Made by a program: the position numbers and the translations under genes. Under the pieces are notes generated by a model, which was given only the letters and a program-made list of their open reading frames with translations, had not been told where the DNA came from and ran no database searches. From contig MU008163.1 in NCBI GenBank assembly GCA_010909165.1, positions 186,001-250,000 of the forward strand: a stretch of 64,000 nt of DNA, written 5' to 3'. This document shows positions 12,483-25,005 of the stretch, piece after piece (within the stretch, counting starts at the first letter, position 1; every line of letters begins with the position of its first letter). Source of the DNA: Anthoceros angustus. Taxonomy: Eukaryota; Plantae; Anthocerotophyta.

Positions 12483-15400
12483 TGTTCCGTTTATAGGTTC
12501 ATGGCAGATTGAGCAACCCATGACACCGAGGGCAAAGATGTGTATATATAGATATGTCAAAAAGGTTGAGGGAAACAAGCAATATGTCCTGGCTACATTA
12601 AAACGGTTACAACTACCAACTAACATTCATCTAGGGTTATGAACGGTGCCCTAGGTATATACAATTCTCTATAAGTATTAATTAAATAATCAACACCTCC
12701 TCTCATTGGATATACGGATATAACAATTAACCATAAGATGCACCGGTAGATGTACGCCGAGCACGATCTTCTCTCGCCGAACACACCACTCACGCGGCTC
12801 AGCAGGCTCCAGCGATTGGTAATGGCGGCTGGCGGCTCGATTGACCTATCGCACGGCGATGCAAGCCTCGGCATTCCGGCGCCCGAGAACGGACCATGCC
12901 TGCGCCTCTCTCGGCCCCGACGAGAAACACTAGGGATTCGAGCCATGAGGCATGACTGCTCATGTCCTGCTGCGGATGCCGCGTGTCCGGTCCATCCCGA
13001 TGGGGAACCCGCTGAGAGTGGCCGATGAGGTGGAGCCAAATCGCGCTGGGAAGCGGGCGAGAAGCTGGCCAAGGAAGTCTCTGACCTAAGGAGAGCTGGT
13101 GCTTCGACCTCTAATTCTGCTCCTCGCTCCTTCAACTATGGGAAAACTAGAACTGAGAAGCTAATGAAGGTCTTGACAGTTGTCTTTGCCAGAGGACTTC
13201 AGGCTCGAGTACAAGCTTCAGAACATCATGCAGGAAGAAGAGTAGTCAGCTGGCGGTGACGACCACAGGCAGGAGGTGTACATTTGCCCAACAACTAAAA
13301 TCATGATGTTTCGGCAGAATTGGTGGAGATGGGGAGGCCACGACGGGAACTTCATCTCCTTCTACGGTATGACAAAATTCACAGCTTGTCTATGCTACTC
13401 CCACTATTGTCGTGGTGTGACCTGCTACAGTAAAGTTCTGACCAAATGATTCACTTATGACAACAGTATCCAGGGAGAGGATGGCTGAGGAGGCTAGTGT
13501 CAAGGTGATGAAAACGAAGAGACGGTGAAGAAGGGCCGACTTTGATCCCAATTTTGTTGGCCTGCAGCAGTGACGAGGCAAATCTAAATTCCTCACCTTC
13601 GATTAAGACAAGGGATCATCATAGTGGCACTAGTAGGTAGGACTTAGAAAGTAGCATAAGTTTCCGACTTGATACCTACTTATCACCTCACGTGGTTTCC
13701 TCACGGTGGACTTGCGCGCGTGGAAGTGGACTTAAGACTCCTAAAGATTCTTTGAATTGATGGTGCTTCAACCTAGGTAATGCTTTGGTAAGTATATCTG
13801 CCGCATTCTGCTCAGTTGGAATATACTCTAACCTCACCTGTTTGGTCTCAACTGCATGCCTCATAAAGTGGTGATGCACTTCTATGTGCTTAGTTCGGGC
13901 ATGGTAAACTGGATTCCGAGCTAGAGCAAGGGCAGACTGGTTGTCACAATAGATAACTGTGGGACTCTTCTGCTCCTGACCCATATCCGCTAGGAGTCGT
14001 CGCAGCCAGATTGCTTCCTTCGCAGCTTGAGTCGAGAATATTCGCCGTGGAAGATAAGAAGCTTGATTGTTTGTTTCTTGACGACCATGTAAGCACTCAC
14101 TGCAAGCAAGAAGGCATAGGCGGCCGGCCTTCTCGTGTCTTGGTCCTGCCCGATCGACATCACGGATCCTATGAGGGTAAGGTCTTCCTCTCCATCGCCG
14201 TCTTGTGTAGTGAATTCCATGGCCACTAGTCCCTTTGAGATACCTCAGAATTCTCTTGGTTGCTGACCAATGGGCTCTACCTGGCTCCTTCAGGTATTGG
14301 GACACCAAACTAACTGGCAGAGCAACATCTGGTCGAGTGTGATTTGAGCAAAATATGAGTGACCCCAGCGCTTGCGTATGGTGACCTCCATCTCATGCTT
14401 CTCTTGCGATGCGGAGACTGCGAGCAGACAACCACTTCAAGAGGAGTGAGAGCTGTCTTGGCTTCAGTAAGTTTATACTTGAACAACATATCATAAATGC
14501 ACTTTTCTTGATGAGCGACAATGTTCACGGCGATGTCTCTCTGAGTTCAAGGGGAAAGCTCTCCAACATCCACCATGTCGAAACGACCCGACAGCAGACC
14601 TTTAACACGGGTAATCCCTTCCATGTGTGTTCCCAAAAAATACAATCATCTACATAGAGTGCCAAAATAACAAAACCACCTTTCTCTTGCAAGATACACG
14701 CTTTGTGTCAAGAACGCTTTTAAGGAAGCCTAGACCTATCAAGAATTCATCTATGCACTGCACTACGAGGACTCGTTGAGACCATATAAGGTCTTCAAGA
14801 GCTTACACCCAATCCTCACTTCAGAAGCTCATATCCCTCAGTCTGCTGCATGAAGATCTCTTCCTCTAATTTCCCATGTAGGAATGCCGTTTTAACATCC
14901 ATTTGGTGGATGTGCAGGGAAAAGAAAGCAAACATAGCAAACAGAACTCTCAGGGACTGAGCCTTTACAACAGGGGAGAAGGTGTCATGATAGTCTAAAC
15001 CAGGGACTTGTGAGAAACCACGGGCTACTAACCTAGCCTTGTACCTGGCTATGCTTCCATCAGCTTTGTATTTGAGTTTAAACACCCATTTTGAGGTAAC
15101 TATCTTCCTCCACAGCGGAGGATGAGCTACGTGTTGTTTTGTATAAGGGAGTCATCACCGTATAGCCGCTTTCCAAAGGTGTGGCATCTTGTCCGCTAAT
15201 GGCCTCGATAGTAGAAGGCTCATAGCTGGATTGATAGAAAGATTCACCATGTCGACAACCACCTCATCGAGCCGTAACCATGGGGACGAGGTACTTTCTT
15301 GAAATCTTCACTCGTAAGGAGGCTCTCCACCGCTCGTGGTCTCCGACTGCAGAGCGCCTAGGGGTTCGAGGACAGGAATAACATACTCCACGGGTCATCC

Positions 15401-18400
15401 ATGCACTGTGCCCTATACTCATCATGTAACGGACAGGCGGACAGGATCATCATCAACATCCGATGATGGGAGCAAGGGAGGTCATCTCCATATGACCTCT
15501 CATCGTCAAGGGGTTGGCTGTGGTCCGGATTAGCAAAGTGTAAGGGCAATTTGTGATCTTATCGGGTCTATGTCGGGAAAACTAACGATATCTTGTGGTT
15601 CCTCCCCTGCATCTACAGAGTGCTCAAGTTCAACAGTTTCTTCGTCGAGAAAGTCACTAAAGGAGTGTGAAGGAACGGACAGTACAAGACGTTCATCAAA
15701 CGCAACAGTCCTTGCATGGATCACCTTCCTTGTGACAGGTTCGAACAATTTGTAGCCATGAATACCTGGAGTGTATCCTATGAAGATGTGTCTTTTAGAC
15801 TTAAAAGAAAACTTATGACGTAGCTGATCAGGAATGTGTGCATATGCAGTGCTGCCAAAGACTCTAAGATGTGACAAATCGGGTTTGCTTCCTGTCCAGG
15901 CTTCAAAAGGTGTGCTACCCTGTAAGGAAGAAACAGCTGACCTATTCTGCAAGTAAGTGGCTACCTGGACAGCTTCTGCCCAGAAGCGTATTGGCAGCCT
16001 CCCTTGATAAAGAAGTGACCTTGCAGCATCTTGAATAGTCCCGTGTTCAAGACGCCCATTCATGTCGAATGATAATTGTCAACCGCCTCGTAATCCCTTC
16101 TCCGACAAGATTTTGAAAAGCATTGGAAAGGTACTCCTTCCCATTGTCCGAACGAATACACTTAAGCTTAAAGCCTGTTTGTCGTTCTGCATATGCCAGA
16201 TAACGCTTAAAGCTGGAGAACACCTCACTCTTGTGACGAAGGAGCTCAGTGATAGTGAAGTGGGATCTGTCATCTTCAAATACAACAAAATACCGAGCTC
16301 CTCCCCATGAGGTAACTGACATTGGTCCACAAATATCGGTATGAACCAGATCCAGCAGTTCTGTAGCTTTACGAGGATTTCCGCTGCCAAAGTGTGACTT
16401 AAACTGTTTGCCATGGACACAGGCAACACATAAGTCAAGATCAGGTAACTCACTCTCAACAAAACCTGTTCCCATTTTCTCCTTCAATCGCCTCATAGCT
16501 TTGATATTCGGGTGTCCAGGTCTACAATGCCACTTAAAGGCATTTGAAGGTTGCTTAATAACATTCAGATCGCGGGCGTAAAACTCATTCGGCAAGTCCG
16601 AGAGACAAAATCCAGCAGATACAGATCGAACTGTGGTTTCCCACGAGCAATGATGACTGAAGGTGCTGTCAGCCTATAAATGGTACACTCCACTTCTTCG
16701 AATGTAATTCTATTGTTAGTTTTCCCAAGTGCCATTGTACTAACAAGATTCTTGGTAATGGCAGGAACATGTAAAGCATTCTCCAAAAGCAGAAAACTAC
16801 CATCCTATAAGGTAACATGTATTGTGCCTGTTCCTTTTATTGGAATTGTCGAGTTGTCACCTAACACAACAGCTGTCTGGTGACATGTCGGAAAAGCTTC
16901 ATACGTAATGAAGGACTTTCTCCTAGAACACATATGGTTCGAAGCTCCAATGTCCAGATACCATCTCTGACAGTCCTTTCTAGATGAGGTAAGGCACGCA
17001 ACTAGCAGTCCTGGAGTGGAGGCTCGAGCAGTGTGAGCCTCAGCAGGATGTTTGCCTTTAGCACCTTCATCTCTGATTCTTTACAGTCTTTATCCAAAGG
17101 ACTGTTTGCCGCAGAGTTACACTCGATTTGGTGGTAGACGAGGAATTGGAATTGGGATGTGAACTAGCTGGGGTAGAAGGCTGAAACTGACCTCTACCTC
17201 TCCCAAAGCCCCCTCTGCCTCTACCTCTCCCCCTGCCACGTCCTCTACCCCTCTCAGAGAAGAGGGCAGTGTCACTCTGTCTATGTGACGCAGAAGAACT
17301 ACCTCCTTTCATATGCTTTCTGTTTGCTTCAAACTGTAAAAGGGCTGCTACGACCTTCTGAACAGTAAGATTAGATGAGGAAGGAGTGGTTGGTAAAGGG
17401 GGTGACAATCCGATGTTTGGATGCTAGCACCGAATCGCTCAAAGCTTGGTGGGAGAGAGCAATAATCGCCGCTTCTGACTCACCGTGTGATCAATAAGAA
17501 GCTAGTTTGGCTCTAGCCCTAAACTTAGCAACATGACTCTCAACAACCGCCTTTCTCTCTAAGTGTCTGAGAGGGTTGCACGCCCCGCCATTATCATCCT
17601 TCGACTCAGGTTTCGGACATGACTTTGACCGCATCGCCAACTTTATATGAGGAATCATTTCATGTAGAGAGGCCACCAAGATGGTGCGGCCTTCTTGTCT
17701 TTGTATGTCCACTCAAGCTCATCTTTTCTTGTCCAGTGGTACTTGATTTACCTGTTCTGTCATGGTTCCATGGTCGACCACCACCTCAACCAACTTGTGG
17801 AATCCACCTTTTGGGAAGGCCATCAACCACTTCCATCAATTTCTCCTCAAGGATGCAACAAGACCTAAAGCTCCAGCATCGAAATTACTGAGAGTCACCG
17901 TCCTTATCTTGCAACCGGTCTCGATCCCGAGTCGATTAGTTGATCCCGACATGATGCCCAAGAGCCGAACAAATTAGTTTGGTGCGATAGCGAGCATTTG
18001 CCCCCGAGACGCTAATGTCGCCTCTTGCTTTGCCATCATGAGGTCCGAAATTCTCAGCCTTCAAGTTGCTCCCCCGCTAATTAGAACAATATCTATTCGA
18101 GATGTGTATTCCAGAACAGTGCTCTTGATATTCAGGATTGAGTTAAGAATAGCCGATGTTTGAAACTTCGACGTGTTCGATTTCGATGCTGAGAGTTTGG
18201 TTGAACGTTGAATAGTTGTCCAGGATCAGATGCTGATGCACGGCTGTTTGCTGCAGATGTTTGTGAGTCAAGAAATGCGCCAAGAAACCGGCTCGTTTTT
18301 CGATTTCGGCAGCAGAGCTTGCCTTAATATAGCTTCTCAAAGTCGCCTCGAATAGTCCTTCCTTTCCTTATCAAGATCTGGCCAAGAATGCTCGCAGATC

Positions 18401-18743
18401 TGCCTACGGGGCATCTTGCCTTGTGTGCTAGGGTTTGAGACAAATTGCCATTAGAAAACAAGCAATTTACAAACACACCAAAGAAGCAAATCGCTTATGC
18501 ATAGCGAATCCAGCGATCAGCCATGTGGCTCGATACCATGTTCCGCTTATAGGTTCAGCATTGAGCAACCCATGACACCGAGGGCAAAGATGTGTATATA
18601 TAGATATGTCAAAAAGGTTGAGGGAAACAAGCAATATGTCCTGCTACATAAAAGCCATAACTACCAACTAACATTCATCTAGGGTTATGAACGGTGCCCT
18701 AGGTATATACAATGCTCTATAAGTATTAATTAAATAATCAACA
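12483..18743 (-). mobile_element. Full-length Ty1/Copia LTR retrotransposon (degenerate gag-PR-INT-RT-RH)
   Basis: TG..CA LTRs at 12483-12695 and 18539-18743; TSD GTATT at 12478-12482 and 18744-18748; PBS TGGTATCGAGC next to the 5' LTR; PPT AATGAGAGGAGG; motifs HTDICGPM, IRSDNGKEY, YKARLVARGF, QMDVKTAFLHG, CDNQSAL. Confidence 0.96.
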
Positions 18744-19312
18744 GTATTGTGCCCAATGACTGCACGACCATTGTTGAAAGAGCCATGGATATTGTTAGGC
18801 AACATTGACGAGATCATTCCTCCACCAATGCACCACTGTATCATTGCCTCCCTTACAATATGTAGCTCTTCCACACCATGCATAACTATCATTCTAATTT
18901 CTTCGCAACTTGTAATATCATCGAAAGAGTGAAACACTGTACCAATTTGTGTCTGATCCATCTTCACATCATGCTTTCCTTTGTGGAATCCTCTTGGCAC
19001 ATCCATAACCAGTAATGCATACTTCCACTTCCTTAGAAATCCTCGCATGTCCAACACATCTCTTGCAACCACTTGGTATTTAACAATAAACCCCGTCGTT
19101 GGCACAGTAAATGACTGTAGGCCTTCCTCCATGTCCATGTTAGCCAGGGCCCTTTGTTCGTTCTCCAGACCTTTCCATGTGTGCACTTCAAGTATGAAAG
19201 CCTGGAAGTCTTCTGACAGTTTTTTCAGATCTTCTATATCTTTCACTTGCTGCACACAACACAGGTTAGGTGGTTAGTGCACAACAAGCATTTCCAAGAA
19301 CTAGAAGTGGTG

Positions 19313-19336
19313 AGGGCGCCGGCATGCCGGCGCCCT
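19313..19336. repeat. Perfect 24-bp palindrome AGGGCGCCGGCATGCCGGCGCCCT (first of an intronic array)
   Basis: Exactly self-complementary; imperfect copies at 23902-23925, 23976-23999 and 11786-11811. Confidence 0.92.
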
Positions 19337-19393
19337 GCCTACCCCTACTTCTTGTTAAAGCCTCAAGTTTCCAACATGAGGAATGGAGAGGGC

Positions 19394-22300
19394 TGTGGCG
19401 CGACTTTTGCTGACGGCCAGCCGGGCGCGCACAATCCCGTGTCGTTGTAGGAAGGAGTTCGTTCCCAAGGGAATGGCGGCTCCGTTTGCGGCGTTTGATT
19501 TCGTCTTACTCGTCCTCGGTCGCGCACCTTAGTTCACGTCTAACTACTGCGACAAACACCGCAGCCGGTATGGCCAAGCGTTTGAGACCCGTTCGCGTCC
19601 GTTCGTTCCGTTCGTCTCTCACCTCTCGTCCACCTCCCTCACACTACACTTATCGGCCTTAAGGAAGGCGCGGGTTACACAGTCCGGACCTCCTCCGCTG
19701 CTCCACCGGGCCTCTCCGTCCGGGCTCTGCCGCCTCCGAGTCCCTCCGGCTCACACGTTCGGTCCGTTCGGTGGGCGGCTCAGGCGAGCACGGGTCCCCA
19801 GTCACCACCTGCACACACCAGTTAGGGTCACGGGACCACATCAATCCCTCGGTCTCGTGCACCTTTCGGTGACTCGGGACTCACGTTAGCAGAAGACACA
19901 CAAGTGCAAGCAGCGGCATCAACACCAAGGAAAAGATGATTTATCTGTGGCAGCCCCTCTTATACTACGCCTAGGTCGGCGCCTTTATTACACCCCTATT
20001 ACGGTGACGGCCATTTCGGTATGCCTAATCGGCCGCCTACCATCCTATTTCCTCCTCCTATCTCCTTCGCGGTGGGAAGGTCCCGGTTCCGCCTTGGGAT
20101 TGGTGGTCCAATCTCCCGCCTCGACAATTGCGGCGCACCCAATCGGATGATCCGCGAGGCGGACCCTCCTCTCCCGGAATCACATCGGGTTGGGCTCGTG
20201 GCGGTCGGCGGCGCCGTTACCACACGTCATCCTCCCAGCCTTCCGTGGGTCCCCTCGGTGGGGCCACCCTCTGCTCCCCTAGCGTAAGTCGAGAGGGGCT
20301 CCTCCTTGCCAGTCAGGACCTCGAGGTCCGGCCTCGACCCCGAGCTCGAACCCAAGGGTCCGGTTATTTCCCGAGTCCGGCCGTGGGTCCTCGTCTCGGG
20401 GTTCGGACCTCGGTCCGTGCAGTCCGATCTCAAACTCGGACCCCTTCACATGGACCTCGTCTTGCTAGGTCCTCCTCCTTACCCCCGACCCTTGTCTTGG
20501 TTGGGTTGGCTCCCCTGCACCCCTGCGGGCCCCTCACCCCTCCGGATCGGGTGGTGGTGAACTTACCTTGGGGTCCGCTGCTCCACTTGCTCCACTTGCT
20601 CCACTTGCTCCACTTGCTCCACTTGCTCCAAACAGGCCCCTAGGGTCCTGTCTCTCGTGCCCTTCTTCCCTCCGAGCCTTCCAGGGCCGTCTATTGGCGA
20701 GGCCTCTGCCAGCTCGGTGTGGTAATAGGCAAAGTCCGAATCCACTTGCCGGATTGCCTCTTCCACGTGTGCGGAGCACCCGATACTCCCTTCGCCATTC
20801 GGTGAGCTGTTGTTGCTCCACCTCACCCGCGGGTTGGATATGGGCCGGGCACTTCTCGTGGTGCCAGTGCCTCGGTCACCTCCATGATCGTCATTGTTGC
20901 TCCACTTGCTCCAACTCCTCCCGAGCTTCCTCCTCCTCGGCCTTCCTTCGCCTTCCTTCGCCTTCCTTCGCCTTCCTTCGCCTTCCTTCGCCTCCCTCCT
21001 TGTCCATTACATTAACTCCGCCATCTCGCTCAGACGGTCGGGCAACCGGCGGTGCGGGCTTCACCAGCCCTCCATCTCCCGCCTCCTGCTCCATCGCCTT
21101 GCGCTCCGTCCGCCAGGCGGGCGCTCTATTTCGTCGCGTTCGACCATATCCTACCATTCCTCTCACGATAGTTTGAGTCAGCCCAAAGTCTCCTTGCGGT
21201 CCTCCATCTCCGCCGCCGCCCACCTCCCGAGCCGAGTCCGAGATCCTCCACCTCCTTGTAGCTTCTTGGCCTGGTTGGTCCGCTGCTCCGCCACCTCCCG
21301 CCCATCTTCGTGAGGCGCCCATCTCCGTCAAGTCCCGGATTCTCCCATTGAGAATTCCTTGTCGCCCGACGCCTTGAGTTGTAACCCAAGGTGTCCCACT
21401 GCCTCCAACTCCCGCCGCCTCCTTCTACTCTTGCAACAAGCCTGAGGTCCCGATTTCGGCCGGCTCCAAGAGCCGCCTTTGTCCGTGTTGTTCGCGGCCA
21501 CCGCTGCCTCGATTGGCTGGCTCTCGGCCGCCTCCTCCACCGGCCCGATCACGATAGTGATCGCGATCGGCCGTGGCCTCCGCCTCCTTGGCCACCTTCA
21601 CCGAGCCTCCGCCTTGCCCGCCTCCTCCGCCTCCTTGGTCCGCTGCTCCGCCACCTTGCCCGCCTCCTGGGCTCCTCCAACTCTCCGCTTCTGCTGCGCT
21701 CGCCCCTGCACTGCGAGGTCCTCCGCCTTGCCCGCCTCCTGGGCCTCCTTGATGCCTTGTTCCTCCGGTGAAGGAATTTGGTCCGGCCCTTGCGGATGGA
21801 CCAGACCTCCTCGCCTCCCGGGCTTTCCTCCTCAATCCGGAGAGCTTCGCCTTCCTTCGCCTCCCGGCTCCTCCAACCGCCTCCCGGAGGAGTACCATGC
21901 GCCCGGTGGCTTCTACCTCCACAGGTCTTCTCGGCCATCCCGAGACCCCGAATCTAGTCCATGGCGGCAGGACCGCCGTGTTTCTTCCACGGCGGCTGAG
22001 TGAGGCTCCCACAAAGTCCGTGGCGGGCGGCATCTCACGGTCCGCCAAGGACCTCCATACTGTCCGAGTAAGTCCGACTGGGTTCTCGGACCTAATCAGA
22101 CCCTTAGGTCCCGAGCCGAGTCCGCTTGGCTTTCGGCCTCCTCCGCCTCCTTGGCCCTTTGGCGCGAGCTCCTTCTCCGCCTTTTCCTCCTGGGCCTTGA
22201 GGAGGTGAGGGAGTCCGGAGCAAGCCTTTTGCCCTTCGGTCGGCAGCAGGACCCGGCTCGGGTTGCAGTGTCCTCCGCCTCCTCCGCCTCCTTCGCCTTC

Positions 22301-23901
22301 CTTCGCCTTCCTCCGCCTCCTTGGTCCTCCCGAGCCGAGTCCGAGATCCTCCACCGGCCGGGGTGCAGCGTTGGTAGCCGTGGGTCTTGCGTCTCTTGGC
22401 TCCCTCACAGTCGGAGGCTCCTCGGCGGAGTGGTGGCGTGGGGCTGCTGGGTCGGGGCAGCTTCTGCTGGGTGCTGGTTGGGGCAAGGAGGGAGGCGGAA
22501 TTTCTTCCCATACTTCCACAGGTGGTGAGGGGTCCGTTCAGGCGTATGGGTCAGGAATCCTCGATCGTCCTCCTCCCGAGTCCGCTTGGCTTTCGACGAT
22601 CGGCCTCCTCCGCCTTGCCCGCCTCCACTTCCGGCAGGCCTCCTTGGTCCTCCCGCCTCGGAGCTGTGGCCTCCGCCTCCTTCCTTGAGGAGCTCGAAAT
22701 GCCCCCATACATGGATCGGTATGGGGCGGCCCAGAATGGCGAGGCTTCTCGGTCACAGGCTTGCGAGCCTCTGGCTAAAGCAGGCGAAGATAATCCTTCC
22801 CGGTCGCCCTCTTCCCCCTGCGGTAGCGTGCGGGAATACCAGCATTATCACCAAGGTGATCCACCTTGGTGAGTAGGTTCCAGTGACAATGATCCGGCCA
22901 CCGCCTTACTCGGTCAGGTCGGATATCGACCAACCGTTGGTGGTCGTTGCGTCGAGCCTCGGCATCGGCTGCGTGGCGGCCCTATCTTCCCTTCGCCTTG
23001 AGGGGCTCGGCACCCTCCCTCTTCCTCCTTTGGGCGGTTGTAGGCCGCCCTCGGGACCTCAAGGTCCATCGCCTTGGTCCTCCCGAGGTTCTTGACCGCA
23101 CCTCCTTATTGACCGCCGGCATCTTGGGCGAACTCCGGACAGTGACATCAAATGTCGGACCATGGAACACATCCAAATGCCACTCCTGCCAATTCTCTCA
23201 CCTTCCGGGAGGCCCAAAGTCCGGATAGCCGGTCACAATGTTGCGCCCACAAGGTTCCATGGCTCCCAAACTTCCCGCGGGCTTTTTGGGTGCCATCGCC
23301 TTCTCCTCCTTGGTTCTGTAGCAGCTTGTGGGAGGCTAGCACGTTGCGCCTTCTTGGCGCGTTCGGCTCCGACCTCAACGTGAGCCGCCAAGACGCCCGA
23401 GTGTCCCACGAGATACCGAGGCGGTTGCGGGGCGCGAGATTGTCTCGGTGCCGTGGAGTTGACGCTCGCCGGAGTAATGGGCGGGCGCCTCTTCCTGTCC
23501 GTGGCAGTGCATGGCGCCGACCTTACGCCCGCTTACTCGCCTTACGCGCGTACTACGGCCTTCGCGCCGCGGCGTGAATACTGCTATAACCTACAGCAGG
23601 TCAGTCTGGCGGTGCATGCCGTTCTCCACTCGAGTTGCCCGTGGCGTCGCTGGTCGTCCCACGGCTCAACTCTAAGTTACTTTCCAGGCGTACTTATCAC
23701 CTGGTCAGGTGGGTCCGGACTTATCCGTTACTTGGCCTACCATAGTAGGTCTGGCGTTCCTCACTCGGTCGGGAGTATACTCAGTGCCGTCGGTGCTACC
23801 CATGCTTATTTCCCTTTTCGCCTCATTTTATCCTTTACTCCTACAAAAAAAAACAAAACCCTACCTATTTTCTAACCCCCCAGGGAAGTCCGTAGTCCAC
23901 A
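19394..23901 (-). mobile_element. 4.5-kb solo LTR (probably Ty3/Gypsy type)
   Basis: TGTGG...CCACA termini; TSD AGGGC at 19389-19393 and 23902-23906; no pol motifs; TATA-like GTATAAGAGGGG on the minus strand near 19955; internal (CTCCACTTG)n at ~20580-20630 and (GCCTTCCTTC)n at ~20940-20995. Confidence 0.82.
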
Positions 23902-25005
23902 AGGGCGCTGGCATGCCGGCGCCCTCCCTACCCTTACTTCTTGTTAAAGCCTCCTTTCCAACATGAGGAATGGAGAGGGCGCCGGCATTCCGACGCCCTC
24001 TCCCCTCCTACTTGGTGTAGTAAAGAAGAGATATACCTTCCCGTCGAATGTTGTTTGAAACCTTGCAATGACATCGTCCGAAGAGTGCATAGGGTATTCC
24101 TGCCACCATGTCGAAAGAGTCGCATCCTAAATGCTTTGCCATAGCCACTTGTATGACATGAAGTTTCTTCCGCAGAGTCACCTCCTTCGACATACCATTG
24201 AGGTTAAGTAAACTAGTCAAAACCTTTTCCGTGACACTGATGAGCATTTTTTGGCCAGTCTCACCTGGTGGAGCAACTTGGTGACATTTCACTAGGGAAG
24301 GCAAGGTTCCAATGGATGGAAGCCCATGTTTACTATGGGCTTACCCTTCAGGAGATGCGAGTATTGGCAACTGACTACAACACAATGTCAGACAAAAGGA
24401 AGAAGATGAACTTTATCGAGCAAGTCAGATACCTTAGAGATGAACTGCAGATAGCAAAGCGTGATGGAGTGACAATGAGCATGAACTGGAAGTTTGGGCT
24501 GTTAGGGTTGGAAGGTGTTAGGGCTGATAGAGGATGACGAAGGTTGGGAAGATGAATAGTATAAGCAGAACAAAGTGGATAACAGGACACATATCCTATG
24601 CATTGCGAAACTGGAGGGAAAGGTATGGGAAAATGTCGACAATATCTTTTCAAAGTGGAAGGCGATGGAGCTCCCAGAACAAGCCAAACATGTTGCAGCT
24701 GGCACCAACAAGAAGAGCAAGGGCAAACGCAAAGTTGGAGCTCTAGGAGGTGAAGACGGTAGAAAGCGTTTTCGTGAAGTTGAAAGAGATGCAAGGGAAA
24801 CCATGGCGCAGTTTCCAAGAAACGCGGAGATGGGAGGGTGCGGCCGCGGTGCCCATAGCAAAGCCTGATGTGGAAAGAGACGCCAACGCCGCCACCGTCA
24901 TCCGACTACACACACAAAGCACAATGTTTATGCTTGTACTTGCCCGAGTTGATGTCGAACACATGAGCTTCATACTTAGTGAATGGGGACTGTAGATCGG
25001 GTAGT

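Larger units (their letters stand above)
11510..24818 (-). pseudogene. Disrupted ParB-like + beta-class N6A/N4C DNA methyltransferase gene (split by a Copia, a solo LTR and an inversion)
   Basis: Motif IV-like LLVMDVPRG in ORF 18668-19255; YQRPLGLMHKLIKNFSKEGNWIVDACAGSGTTTVAA...GRNCITVDLD (motif X/I/II) in ORF 12213-12626. The two join in frame across TSD GTATT; introns 24036-19250 and 11863-11731 are phase-matched. Confidence 0.8.

Noticed and set aside
19900-23600. Many long overlapping ORFs (e.g. 21425-22519, 364 aa; likewise 59200-64000)
   Set aside because: GC-rich low-complexity LTR repeats are open in most frames; no recognisable domains
19313-24002. CRISPR-like array of palindromic repeats
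   Set aside because: Spacers are near-identical, there are only three units, no cas genes, and the context is a eukaryotic intron
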